DNA of 64,000 bases from Spironucleus salmonicida (Eukaryota), in the NCBI RefSeq assembly GCF_000497125.1, contig NC_090598.1:496001-560000 (forward strand). Reading direction: 5' to 3'. The notes beneath the pieces are model-generated. The model was not told where the DNA came from. It saw nothing but the letters and a program-made list of their open reading frames with translations, and made no database searches. The position numbers and the translations under genes are program-made. The stretch's first letter is position 1; each line of letters begins with the position of its first letter. Positions 53,502 through 64,000 of the stretch are shown piece by piece.

Positions 53502-54428
53502 TCACTATACTAACATATTTTATACATATAATGCAGCTAATTTTAATTCTTCTACCCCAAATTCGACATATAATTCAGATATCAAATTATTAGCCTCAAT
53601 AAATCCTAATTATTCCTAACAGTATAAAAAAATCTAAAAACCTTCCGGAAACAATCTTTTATCTAAAATAGTACTCAAATTCATGTCTATAAACTACTAG
53701 ATTAATGGTTTTGTTATTTATTAGATAATACCGAGATAATGTTACAAAATTTTTGTTTATATTTTCATATCAATTTTACTAATATCTAAAATGAAATTTA
53801 TAGCTGATAAATCCATCCAAAATTCTTCTTTCCAAGGCCCATAAATACATAATTTAAATAATCTTTCCTCAATATCAATTCCATTTTGCCAAATTCGCTA
53901 TAATGATGTTCTAAAATACTGCAAAGACGAATATTTAAATCTATAATCAATAATCTAGTTTTGTGGAATAAAATTGATATATTTAAGATGAAGTTAATTT
54001 GATTCGTATGGGAATTTAGCCGCCATCAATGATAATACCCAATATAGTAAATGAATATTTTATGGGATAAAATTATTGAAAAAGCTATTTATCTACTCAG
54101 AATTTATTTCTTAAGATAAATTTCCTATGACCTGAAGACCTTCATCATCATTAGGTATTTTTGTCATTATAAAACTAACCATACTTTGGAGTAAAGGTGA
54201 TGAATGTTGTGATAAAGTTTAAATGAAACATATTAGAAGTTTCTACTCTAAAATATTCAAATATTCTTTGAAATTATCAATATTTTGTGGAAATTAATTT
54301 TGCAACAACTATAAGATTTTATAATATGGATATCGTTTATCTGTTAAAGCTACTGTTATCTCATCATCAATTTACAATTTAGTATGTTTTGGATATTGTC
54401 TTTGATGAATTTTTCGATATTCGAACAT
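53502..54428 (-). CDS. Hypothetical helical-repeat-like protein (308 aa)
   Basis: Code-6 ORF MFEYRKIHQR...NMLVQ*, ends AGTGA. Confidence 0.65.
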
Positions 54429-54494
54429 CCAAATAATTGCTTACATACTTATTATATTACTCTCTTTATAATAAATTTTCACTCTACTTAGCAA

Positions 54495-54905
54495 ATGCAA
54501 CGTTCAACACATCCAATTTCACTTAACACTCTAAATGCGATTCTTTCCAAAGACTATGCACCATAATCTTTAACATCAGATTCTGCTCCTCGCTATACAG
54601 TTATGGGATTTATTACCTCAATTTCTGCCTCTGAGCTTTAGCTTTATGATGGGACAGCAACAGTTAAGTTTGATGCAGAATAACCCCTCCCATTTTAACA
54701 AAATTAAACAGTACGACTCCATCTTCTAATTACTAAGTCGCTGCAGGTGCGTATAATATTTTCTGAGAATATTTAGTTTGCCGAGTAATTTATGCTACAT
54801 TGGGTAGATGCTGTTCGCGCAAATTTACAGCAATAAAAATAGAGCGGTCAGCAAAGTGGAGAAGGTTTTGCAAATTTTTTCGACGGTTTAGGAGATTTTC
54901 AGTGA
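54495..54905 (+). CDS. RPA2/STN1-like OB-fold protein (136 aa)
   Basis: HPISLNTL..TVMGFITSI..LQLYDGTATVK..VRLH..EQFMLHWVDAV follows the RPA32/STN1 OB pattern (P.TI..L / V.IVG / DDGTG / E...H.LE); ends AGTGA. Confidence 0.6.
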
Positions 54906-55180
54906 TTTTAATTTCTGATATTTACTTTCAATTAATTTTTATAGTATAATTATTCATTGATTTTTCATCTAAGTAGTGTATTTTATAGTTTGCCTCTTGA
55001 TGAATGACACTATTATTTGATATAGCCAGATTTACAATAATGTCTGCAAATTAGTTGTATAGTTAGTAAAAACTGGTTAATGATTAGGATGGAGACTATG
55101 TCAACTGTAAATTTTACCACTTCATATACCACTCTAAATCTAAGAACTTTTCAGAATATATCCGATTAAAAAAAGTGATG

Positions 55181-55573
55181 TCACTCCACCAATCTGTCCT
55201 AATACAACTAAACAACCTCATTAATATCCCTAATTATGTTTTTAACCCTTAAATCGTCCCCATTTTGTACCCAAACTTTGTAAGCCTCCCTTCCTCCCTA
55301 TCGGCATAAAATTGTGACCTGTGATGCTATATTTTCTGAAGGGATGGCAATCTTTAGGTTTGAGGCTGGTATTTCAGCAACTAACTTAGCATTTTCAGGG
55401 TCCGATAGCTAAATTTTGAGTTCTTAGAAAGAAACTGTCAGGATTTTAGGCATTTTGATCCCTAGAACGTTTCTAAAAGTAACTTCGTAGGTTACAACAC
55501 GACTTTGATCATATTCTGGTTTTGCCACTTGATTTTGGATTTTTATACTATTTAGAGGTGATAGAGATTCCAT
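55181..55573 (-). CDS. Small PH-like domain protein (130 aa)
   Basis: YEVTFRNVLGIKMPKILTV strands and C-terminal helix VKNIIRDINEVV; ends AGTGA. Fold call is tentative. Confidence 0.55.
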
Positions 55574-55754
55574 GATTTAAGGAGTGGTAGGGAATATTGC
55601 ATAATAATAACATAATAATATAACTTGAACTACAATATATGATTACTATAGGAGCTATATATTACTATTTAGTTTAATCATAAATTAATAATAATAATAT
55701 TATACGATAGGAATTAATATAAGCAAAAGATATATAAAATGAAAATACTCAGTA

Positions 55755-57044
55755 TCAGAAATCGTCCAGATCATCAAAGTCGAATTCACCTTTTGGCTGT
55801 TTTTGTCCATACTCTTTTTTAGGCTCTGCATCTAAGTCGTCAAAATTATCTAAATCCATATCGAGATCATCAAATTCATTGATAGCTTTTTTAGGCTATG
55901 AAGTAAAATCTGCTTCTAAATCATCAAAGTTGTCAAGGTCGTCGAACTCGTCCATGGCAGCCTTCTTGGGTTCTGCTTTCTTGGGCTTCTCCTCGAACCC
56001 CATGTCGAGGTCATCAAGGTCGTCGAACTCGTCCATGGCAGCCTTCTTGGGTTCTGCTTTCTTGGGCTTCTCCTCGAACCCCATGTCGAGGTCATCAAGG
56101 TCGTCGAACTCGTCCATGGCAGCCTTCTTGGGTTCTGCTTTCTTGGGCTTCTCCTCGAACCCCATGTCGAGGTCATCAAGGTCGTCGAACTCGTCCATGG
56201 CAGCCTTCTTGGGTTCTGCTTTCTTGGGCTTCTCCTCGAACCCCATGTCGAGGTCATCAAGGTCGTCGAACTCGTCCATGGCAGCCTTCTTGGGTTCTGC
56301 TTTCTTGGGCTTCTCCTCGAACCCCATGTCGAGGTCATCAAGGTCGTCGAACTCGTCCATGGCAGCCTTCTTGGGTTCTGCTTTCTTGGGCTTCTCCTCG
56401 AACCCCATGTCGAGGTCATCAAGATCATCAAAATTCTCAAAATCGTCATTTTCCTTCTTTGGGATGACCTAATCTTCATTTAAGTCTTAAAAATCATCTA
56501 ATTCATTATTTTAGTTGAATTCTTTATCAAGTTCCTCAAATTCTTACTTATCTTCTTCCTTTATCTAAGCTTTTTACTATTTAGGTTAAAAATCAACTTA
56601 AATATCATCAAAATTAGAATCAAATTCAACTACTTTTCTAGGAGCAACTGGTATTTCTTATGGACGAGTATTTTTAACTTCACCGTATCTATTTGGGCTT
56701 AATGACATGCTTTCTGATGCATTATTTGCTGAAAACTCAGTGGCTGATGCGCACTAGCCTGTAATATCTGCCTCTAATTTCAAAACCTTGAGTGTATGTG
56801 TGAGATTGTGTTCAGTTAAAAACTTCATAACAAATTCGAGGTCATTTCTATCTGATTATGACAGCTTTGTTCGTGAAAAATCGTTATCAACTGGAGAATC
56901 TTAAGAAAGTAACTACTAGTAAAGAGTGGCAGCAATAAATGCTTTCATTCTAGCATAATCTCCTGTTTTTTACAGATGGTTTTTAGTGGCAGATTTTAAA
57001 TCAGACATCATTTGCTAACGCTAGTCATTTCTAGACTATTCCAT
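55755..57044 (-). CDS. FOP/CEP43 (FGFR1OP)-like LisH basal-body protein with acidic repeats (429 aa)
   Basis: DLKSATKNHLQKTGDYARMKAFIAATLYQQL plus LisH-like LEFVMKFLTEHNLTHTLKVLKLEA; C-terminal half is D/E/K-rich. Confidence 0.78.
55933..56418. repeat. Coding tandem repeat, 6 x 81 bp
   Basis: Six apparently identical units encoding MGFEEKPKKAEPKKAAMDEFDDLDDLD. Confidence 0.97.
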
Positions 57045-57123
57045 TTTGATAAAATTTAAAGCGGAAGTAAGTTATTTACTTATATACATATTTATATATT
57101 ATGTATTTAAAACTGCAAAGTAT

Positions 57124-57630
57124 TCACAATTTTTCGGTCTAGCTAAAAAAATAAGTATTTAAGTTGACTTGATGCGGTCTGCGTCTTCTTTACTATACAG
57201 GAAGTGTTGGAAAGAAGCTTTTTTGCATATATGCAAAATCACCATTTCTTGAGTTTACTAGAGCCCTATCTGGCTTTGATAATGTTAAGTCATCACCAAT
57301 CATCTCTATCTACTACCTTCTAGCAATATTGATGCGCTCTTTCTTCCACCCCTTAAACGTAGCTTTTTAATCTAAAGACTTCCTTGATGCTAAATCATCT
57401 TCTATAATAACTTTTTAATGATCTAATTTTAGAGTTTTCTTAACCAAAAACGGTAAAAATGCTGATCGCGCCTCCCAGTTTTTATCTTAAAAATGTGACT
57501 CAATCTTTTACAAATTAGATGTATGCGAATTCTAAAATGTGGGATCAACATATTTTGCAGCATCGTTAGCAAGTTCATATCGAATTGGCGTAATTGGGAC
57601 AAATTTCCCCTGGTTATAGTAATAGGGCAT
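57124..57630 (-). CDS. Hypothetical protein (168 aa)
   Basis: Code-6 ORF MPYYYNQGKFVP...QTEKL*. Confidence 0.65.
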
Positions 57631-57804
57631 TTGCTATCACCAATTTTAAATTAATATATCATATTCATATGTATTGTACTTTACTAGATTTACTTACAAA
57701 ATAATTTTATATAATATTATAAATAATTTTTAACTAAAAAACCGTAGTATAATTATATTTAGAAATAATGTTTATATATTATGTATTGTAATTATTTTCA
57801 TAAA

Positions 57805-58278
57805 ATGGGCGGTGGATCCTCAAGCGTTCCGAGCAAGGCTCAGATTAAATCAATGCCAGAGCCTAAGGTAGTAGAGCCTAAATCCAATTCAATTTTATAA
57901 AATCCGAATACTTTATAAATAGAGACACAAGTAAAGTAACCTCTGAAAAAATAAATTAACAAGCAAGAAAGGGACTCTATACCAAAGCATGAAGAATAGC
58001 ATATTTTTGACTCATAATAAAAATAAGCTACTCTCAAGGCATAACAATCATCAAGATCTCCTAAGTCTCCTTAGGCCCCCGAATCTCCTCACGTCATCTA
58101 AGATGACCCAACACTCTCTTACTTCGATAAAATCAAACCCCACCTCCCAACAACTAAAAAATAGACTTAATAGACACCACTCGACGAGGAGGATCTCGAT
58201 GGCTTTGATATCGAAAAGTTCAGAACTGCTAACAGCGGAAAAACCTGCAAAGACGATATGATTTTCGCCTAAATCTGA
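57805..58278 (+). CDS. Putative N-myristoylated low-complexity protein (157 aa)
   Basis: Starts MGGGSS (MGxxxS); rich in Q/K/P/S; ends ...DLDGFDIEKFRTAN...AQI*. Confidence 0.7.
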
Positions 58279-58291
58279 AGTCATTTATCAC

Positions 58292-58672
58292 TCAATAGAA
58301 GTAAATCCCGTAAACATTTACGGTGCTAACGATTTCTTCTCCTTAATAAATGTAACTAACTTCAAAATCTGTCTCTTAGTCCCAGAAGTTTCTGCCTTTT
58401 AGATATATACCCTAACCCTTTTAGCTGAAAATAGATACTTATACGCAGATCTTGTAACGATTTGCAGAAACAATTCTGACCTTAGCACGGACTTCATCTG
58501 CAAGCTCCTTCGTGAGCTTCGAGGCTTCTTCGGATTCGTATGATTTTCCGCGCAACTTTTTAGTGACAATTTGAGCCACTTCATCATATGCTTTTGCGGG
58601 GTCGAATAGCTTAGCTGGAGCAGAACGACGTGGAAGATAAGTTATTTGAGATTTGACTGATTATGGTTGCAT
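58292..58672 (-). CDS. Tctex-1 family dynein light chain (126 aa)
   Basis: RYKICVQVSIFSQKGQGIYLKGRNFWDQETD..VNVYGIYFY; AGTGA immediately after the stop. Confidence 0.9.
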
Positions 58673-59647
58673 TTTTAATAAAAAGTGGAAGGGATATTAT
58701 ATTATAGACATCTATATATTTTTGTTGATTATGTCTTCGTATATTAATTGCTGGTACTCATAGAAACCATTCAATTGTTCACTATGTTAGGAAATTCATT
58801 AGTTGTTATCTCTATTTTATATCCTAAATTATATACTATTAGATTGCCTCCTGTCTATATTTTTAAAAAATCCATAATCGGTAATAATGCGACTCATAAT
58901 TTGTTCTTTTTCTTTTTTAATTAATATATCGATCGTTTATTCTGTGTTGCTTATTTGATAGTATATTTGAATAAAATCATTTAGCATAATTAATTTCAAA
59001 TCATACTTTTCTTAGTACTATACTAAGGATTCCAGTAGGTACTTTACAGCTTTAAATTTAGTTCCACAATAAACTAAAATATCAAAAATGATAACTATTT
59101 ATTTTTCAAAATTTTTATATTAGATTTTTTCTTCTAAAAGTAATATAAGTCATTAAATTACTTAAATTTATGTTTAATATATAAGCACCAAAAGTGATTA
59201 TCATGCATTCACGTATTTATATAGTTTTATCTTATTTATTATACCTAATATAGTTAAGTATATTGTAAAATAAAATCATGCATGGTAGGTATTTTACAAT
59301 AAATAATAAGAATAATCGATTAAACAGGTCAATTAGCAACTGAACCTATTTAAGTCTTACTTTCACAGACTCTAGCAGACATTTTATGCTAATCCAGTCT
59401 GTTAGTCAAATAATTAATTTACTGTAGTTTTAAATGATATAATTTTGAAGCTATTTAAAATTATTTAACTCAAGAAACATACCTAGAATATTTCTACATT
59501 AGTGTACCAATTATTAAGTATTACTGCTTTGCATTTAATTTTCCTTTAAATCCTGTTTCATGAACTTAACTTACTAAGAAACCCTTACCACAGTTAAAAT
59601 TTTACCATTATTATATGTTGTTATTAGTCTATTATTTAAATCCAAAT

Positions 59648-60775
59648 ATGCATCAAAATCAAATAATTAGCATGATTGTATCTATCCTTATTTTTCTGCT
59701 GATGGCACCCCTAACTGGTTTTTACCCTATATACAATTCATTTTTCACCCAGCAGTTCATAATTCTCACTCTTTCAACAATTTTTGCTATTTTGCTCTTT
59801 ATCTCCTCGATTTACGGAAACGCCAATTTCGCGACCCTCCTTTACGACAACTCCTTCTAGCAATACGTTTATGCAGCCGCGTAAGCCGTCTACACCGCAA
59901 TTGTCATTTTAATTTTGAATTTCCGCTCCTATCGAAAAATTCCAATTTTCGTCCAAATAGCGTTTTTTACTGTCTCTGTGGCGCTCCAAATAACCGTTTT
60001 CGCGGTCCCCGCAGCCTTCCAAACGGCCATTTCTGGGCTCCAAATCGCCCTTTCTCTCGCGCTGGCGCTCTGCACAGCCTGGGCTGAAATCGCAATTTTC
60101 AACCGCCAGCGCGTTCTGGCGCTCTGCAGCGCCCCGCGTGCGCAGTACCCGCTCGTGTACGGCGTCGAGTTCGTGAACAGCACGGTCGCAAAACGGCCGT
60201 TCAAGCCTCCCTGCGCAAAGCCTCTCTGCGGCCTCCTCTTCCCCGCGTCGCTCGTCGTAAATGCCGCACTCCTGCAGCTAAAAATTCCGGCACTTTCGCT
60301 AGTCCCTTTCCTGCTGCTGCCGGCGCTGCTGACCTCAAGATTCGCTGCCCGGTCGCACACCGTCGCAAACTGCCTCTCGAATTACCTAAATCGGCGGATT
60401 TTGATGCACAATTTGCGGTAGAAATCGAATCCGGGATATTTATTTGTATATTAGAATATAATAAGGTATAAATTGCATTTTTTGCACAATCAGCTGATTC
60501 TGGCTGAAAACGAGGCGCAGGCGGTCGTGCAGGGAGCGTGTCTGCTGGAGTTCGGGAATATCGATTTTGAGCTTTAATTTGGTGTTTTCGACGAGCTGGA
60601 GAGGGCGTGCAAAGTAGAAATTGCGGCTGCTTTTGCGAAGTTTATGAGCGCGAAAAACGTGGAAATACCGATAGAAATTATGTTCGATTTATATGATATT
60701 ATTATATAATAATATCGATATATGATGAAAAGCAAAATTGTGATACAGGAGTTTTTCTGGGACGAGCTGGAGTGA
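59648..60775 (+). CDS. Multi-pass membrane protein with helical C-terminal domain (375 aa)
   Basis: Supplied ORFs 59615-59860 and 59915-60421 join in one frame; about 7 hydrophobic segments; ends AGTGA. Confidence 0.7.
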
Positions 60776-60946
60776 TTTAGCGATATGGTTGAACAGGGGA
60801 GGTCTAGGTGTGTGTAGATCATTAATATACAAAATTAGTAAAAATATAAGGTAATAGTAGATAAAATATACTAGGATACTAAATATACAAAAATAGGTTA
60901 ATGCCAAACTCACAAAACATCAACATACCACTGCAATTATGCGTCA

Positions 60947-62047
60947 TCATTTGTTCATAAACTCATTTACACTTGCTGAACTTAGTTTGACCTTTAAAAT
61001 TTCGTTTTAAAAGTTTTGCTCCTAAATAGAATATCCAATTAGTCTAAGATGCTGCTAAGCGTTCACAACATCCATATTAATTATACTGATACCATTTAAT
61101 CTCTATGTTAAGGTTAGTTAATTAAACCACTTCTCAAAATCAGGATCATAGCAAATTAGTCCTTTAGCTGCATGCATAGCGAGTGCTATTGCAGGCCTTA
61201 CAAGACCTTTGTATCCCTCCGCTACTATTTAGTCAAAAATACGAAGAGATATTTTAAAAGGGAGGAAGGTTTAATAAAATGACAGGAAAAATGTAGAGAA
61301 AGTTGATTATAGAGAATACGCCTCTAAATATTTAAATAAATTAGAATTTAAAGGTTTTATTATATTTAGTGCGTATTATGCTAATGTATTAGCACCTTAT
61401 AGATTGTTTGACCATATCATTTTGATTTTATCTACTAATCCTGCAAAGCAACCAAATGCCTCGCTTTCTGATAAAAACATAAGGAATATCCCAGCTATAA
61501 AATTCATCCCTTGTATATAACCTAGTTCGGGGAGTCTAGCAGATTATGCTTTTAAAATTCTGAATAATGCTTGTAAATTAACTTCTGTGTTAAAGTTAGC
61601 AATCAGTGGATGTGTTCGATCAATGTCATTTGATATTTAATCTAAAACTTTTTGATCAATAGGTTAAGATAGATAAAATTCATAATTATAATCATTTGAT
61701 AAATAATACTTATATACTGTGGATCGATATACTTGTGGTGTACCTTATCTTACAAGTTTTAGTAATTTTTTATGTTATAAATAGTTTGGCGGTGGCTTAT
61801 TTAGTTTAAAAAAACTTTAAAAATGCTAGTTAAGATTGAATTTCGCTTGGGTTTATTACGGTTTTGGTATTTACTATGAAAATTTAGATATTGGGTATTT
61901 TACTCGTAATTTCAATTATCCTAGCTCATCTATTGGCTCTGTAATGTCTATCTAAAAGGAGAATGACTTTTTCAGCGTTTAAATTTTATTTTCCAAACAT
62001 CTTGACGAATTATCGTCCAAGGAAAATTCAGAAAAAGACGAAGTCAT
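60947..62047 (-). CDS. TBC-domain Rab GTPase-activating protein (366 aa)
   Basis: QISNDIDRTHP (Arg finger) and LGYIQGMNFIAG (Gln finger). Confidence 0.92.
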
Positions 62048-62226
62048 TTATAAAATTATTTTATTAGTTTTGCATAATTTAATGTATAAAAGATATATAA
62101 TTAATATTCTATAGTATTGAGTCAAGTAAATAAATCAAATTTTATTATACAATTTATTTGCTATTTTCAACATATTGCCCAAGGAGTACCAAATTATATA
62201 TATTGATCGAATTGAATTTCCCAAAA

Positions 62227-62547
62227 ATGGGTTCTACGGCAACTTAACAATTACCAGATATAGGGATACCTCTTAATGAGCGAAAGCAGCACCATAGTTA
62301 ATTTGTACTCAAAGAACTATACGAGCAGTCGATAGATGCTGCTAAAGTAAAGCAGTTTTAAACGAAACTGAAGCAAAGCGCGAGCTTCAACACCAGCGCA
62401 GTTCTACCTCCACAGACCATAACTACGGTGTTCAGCGTTACTAACTTGGTTATGGTGAAGCAGAATAGCATTGCTGGAGCATAAAATTAAGATTTGGATG
62501 AAGGAAATAAATTCGATTACAAGAAGTTAGTAGAGGCTGATCTTTGA
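62227..62547 (+). CDS. Putative N-myristoylated small protein (106 aa)
   Basis: MGSTATQQLPD...QDLDEGNKFDYKKLVEADL*. Confidence 0.55.
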
Positions 62548-64000
62548 GTTTTTTTACTTATTTACGTAAATTTTTGTATTTCACTCTATATTCTCAGTAA
62601 AATGAACGTCTGTCAATGCCGTCAGTCATGTATGCTCACTTGGTGCGCTTCCAGTTGTAATTAGCGTCCAGAGACATTGAATTCTTATAGATTCCACTAA
62701 ATTCTCAAGTTTTTGTACAGCTAAGATTTTCCTAGTCTCCTGCTTGGGCCGACTTGGTTATCAGTGTTCAATTATAATAAGGTTAAAGTTAGGCATGGGT
62801 TTACCTGGATTAAAAATCTAGCGTCGGGTGTAGTTTTCTTGTGGATTGCACTGAGGTGTAAGATTGGGTGAAATAACATACTTCCACAATAAATTATTGA
62901 AAGATAAACGCATTTGTTGATGAAAAGTAATGACAATACTTAGCATGTTTACCTATATACTAATATTTTAAATATTTGAATACTTCATTTGTTGATTTGA
63001 TAGAATCACTAACACCTAATAAAATATATTACTATCATTTTACCTTAAAATTATATAGTTTAATGCTAAAATAATAGTCAGATGTAGAGTTAAAAATTTA
63101 AACCTACACAGTTCTGGAATTTTATGATAATTTCCACAACTATATGGCAGGTTCATGTCATACAATTATTATTATCAATATGATTATGCCATATATTTGC
63201 TAAACTATTGGAAATATATTTATCAAGTGTGATATTAAGGATATGAAGACAATCTTCTATTCTCCTTTGTAGATATAGTTAAAAGTATTTCTAGTTCATG
63301 CCTCACAAAGGGATATAACAGTATAATCTCAAAAATAAAATTATAATGAAAATTAAACTTATATTTTTTCATTATAATAGTGACGTAGTTGTATCGCCAA
63401 TAATTTTTATACTTACTTATAATTAAAAAATTTAATCGATAATAATAAATTTTTATCATATAACAGGATTTTTTTCATTTGATCGGAATATTGATAAAAT
63501 TCAAATATAAATAGATGCATAATATTTCAAGAAGTGATTAATATTTTTGAATAATAGACTAGAAGATATTGCTATAATATTTTATTAATCAGAAGTAAAA
63601 ATACAAATCTTTTTTTAACAAGTTTATAGTATCGCATACTTTAAATATAAAAATACTTCATAATTAATGTTGAGACTATATATATTAATACTGAGTACAC
63701 TTACATTTAGAAAGTATATAACATAATACAGTATAATTATGTAAATTCTAATTTATTTTTAGAAAGCCTAATTTTAAGGACATAAGATAGCAAATTTAGT
63801 GTATTATACTAATATTGTTATTTTCCAATAGTAAAATTTAACTTATTGTTTTATGAACTATATACATCTAATAACATTGTATATAAGCTCATAATTTGAG
63901 TAAATAGAGTCAAAATAATTATTTTAGTATTCTAAGTAAATTAAAACTTAATTTTCTATATATTTCTATAAATGTATTCTATATATGGTATTTCATTTAT

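Noticed and set aside
55933-56418. CRISPR array
   Set aside because: Contiguous 81-bp units with no unique spacers, in frame within a eukaryotic gene, and no cas genes.
55879-56479. Ser-rich plus-strand and Arg-rich alternative-frame repeat proteins
   Set aside because: Other frames of the 81-bp repeat; only the D/E/K frame joins the FOP-like N-terminus.
62560-64000. Genes in AT-rich stretches (also 19900-20400, 22000-22450, 50900-51620, 58700-59600)
   Set aside because: Only short ORFs without motifs, which are expected by chance with a single stop codon.
1-64000. Ciliate origin (also code 6)
   Set aside because: No introns were needed for any gene model, and the AGTGA-stop fusion, very short spacers and CRMP-type genes fit a hexamitid diplomonad better.

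Overview
Gene-dense, apparently intron-less, AT-rich eukaryotic DNA that uses genetic code 6 (TAA/TAG = Gln, TGA the only stop). The supplied standard-code ORFs are therefore fragments or antisense shadows. The code, the CXXC-rich membrane protein (CRMP) genes, the tiny intergenic spacers and the AGTGA signal fused to stop codons point to a hexamitid diplomonad (Spironucleus-like); this is an inference. Manual retranslation gives about 40 genes: NEK kinase, PDI, three large CRMPs and four mini-CRMPs, a compact UBR E3 ligase, MATE transporters, KTI12, a VWA/Cache protein, a tRNA-splicing endonuclease, a ~4035-aa degenerate dynein heavy chain, Nuf2, RPL21, CFAP300, YjbQ, an RPA2/STN1-like protein, a FOP-like protein with an 81-bp tandem repeat, Tctex-1 and a TBC Rab-GAP. 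The most striking structure is two neighbouring blocks (~13 kb and ~2.7 kb), each bracketed by an inverted duplication (169/184 bp and 2350 bp). Both fit staggered-break inversions whose ancestral gene order can be reconstructed. A mosaic CRMP pair shares an identical upstream region and N-terminus but has different membrane tails. All family calls come from motif recognition by eye; no searches were run.
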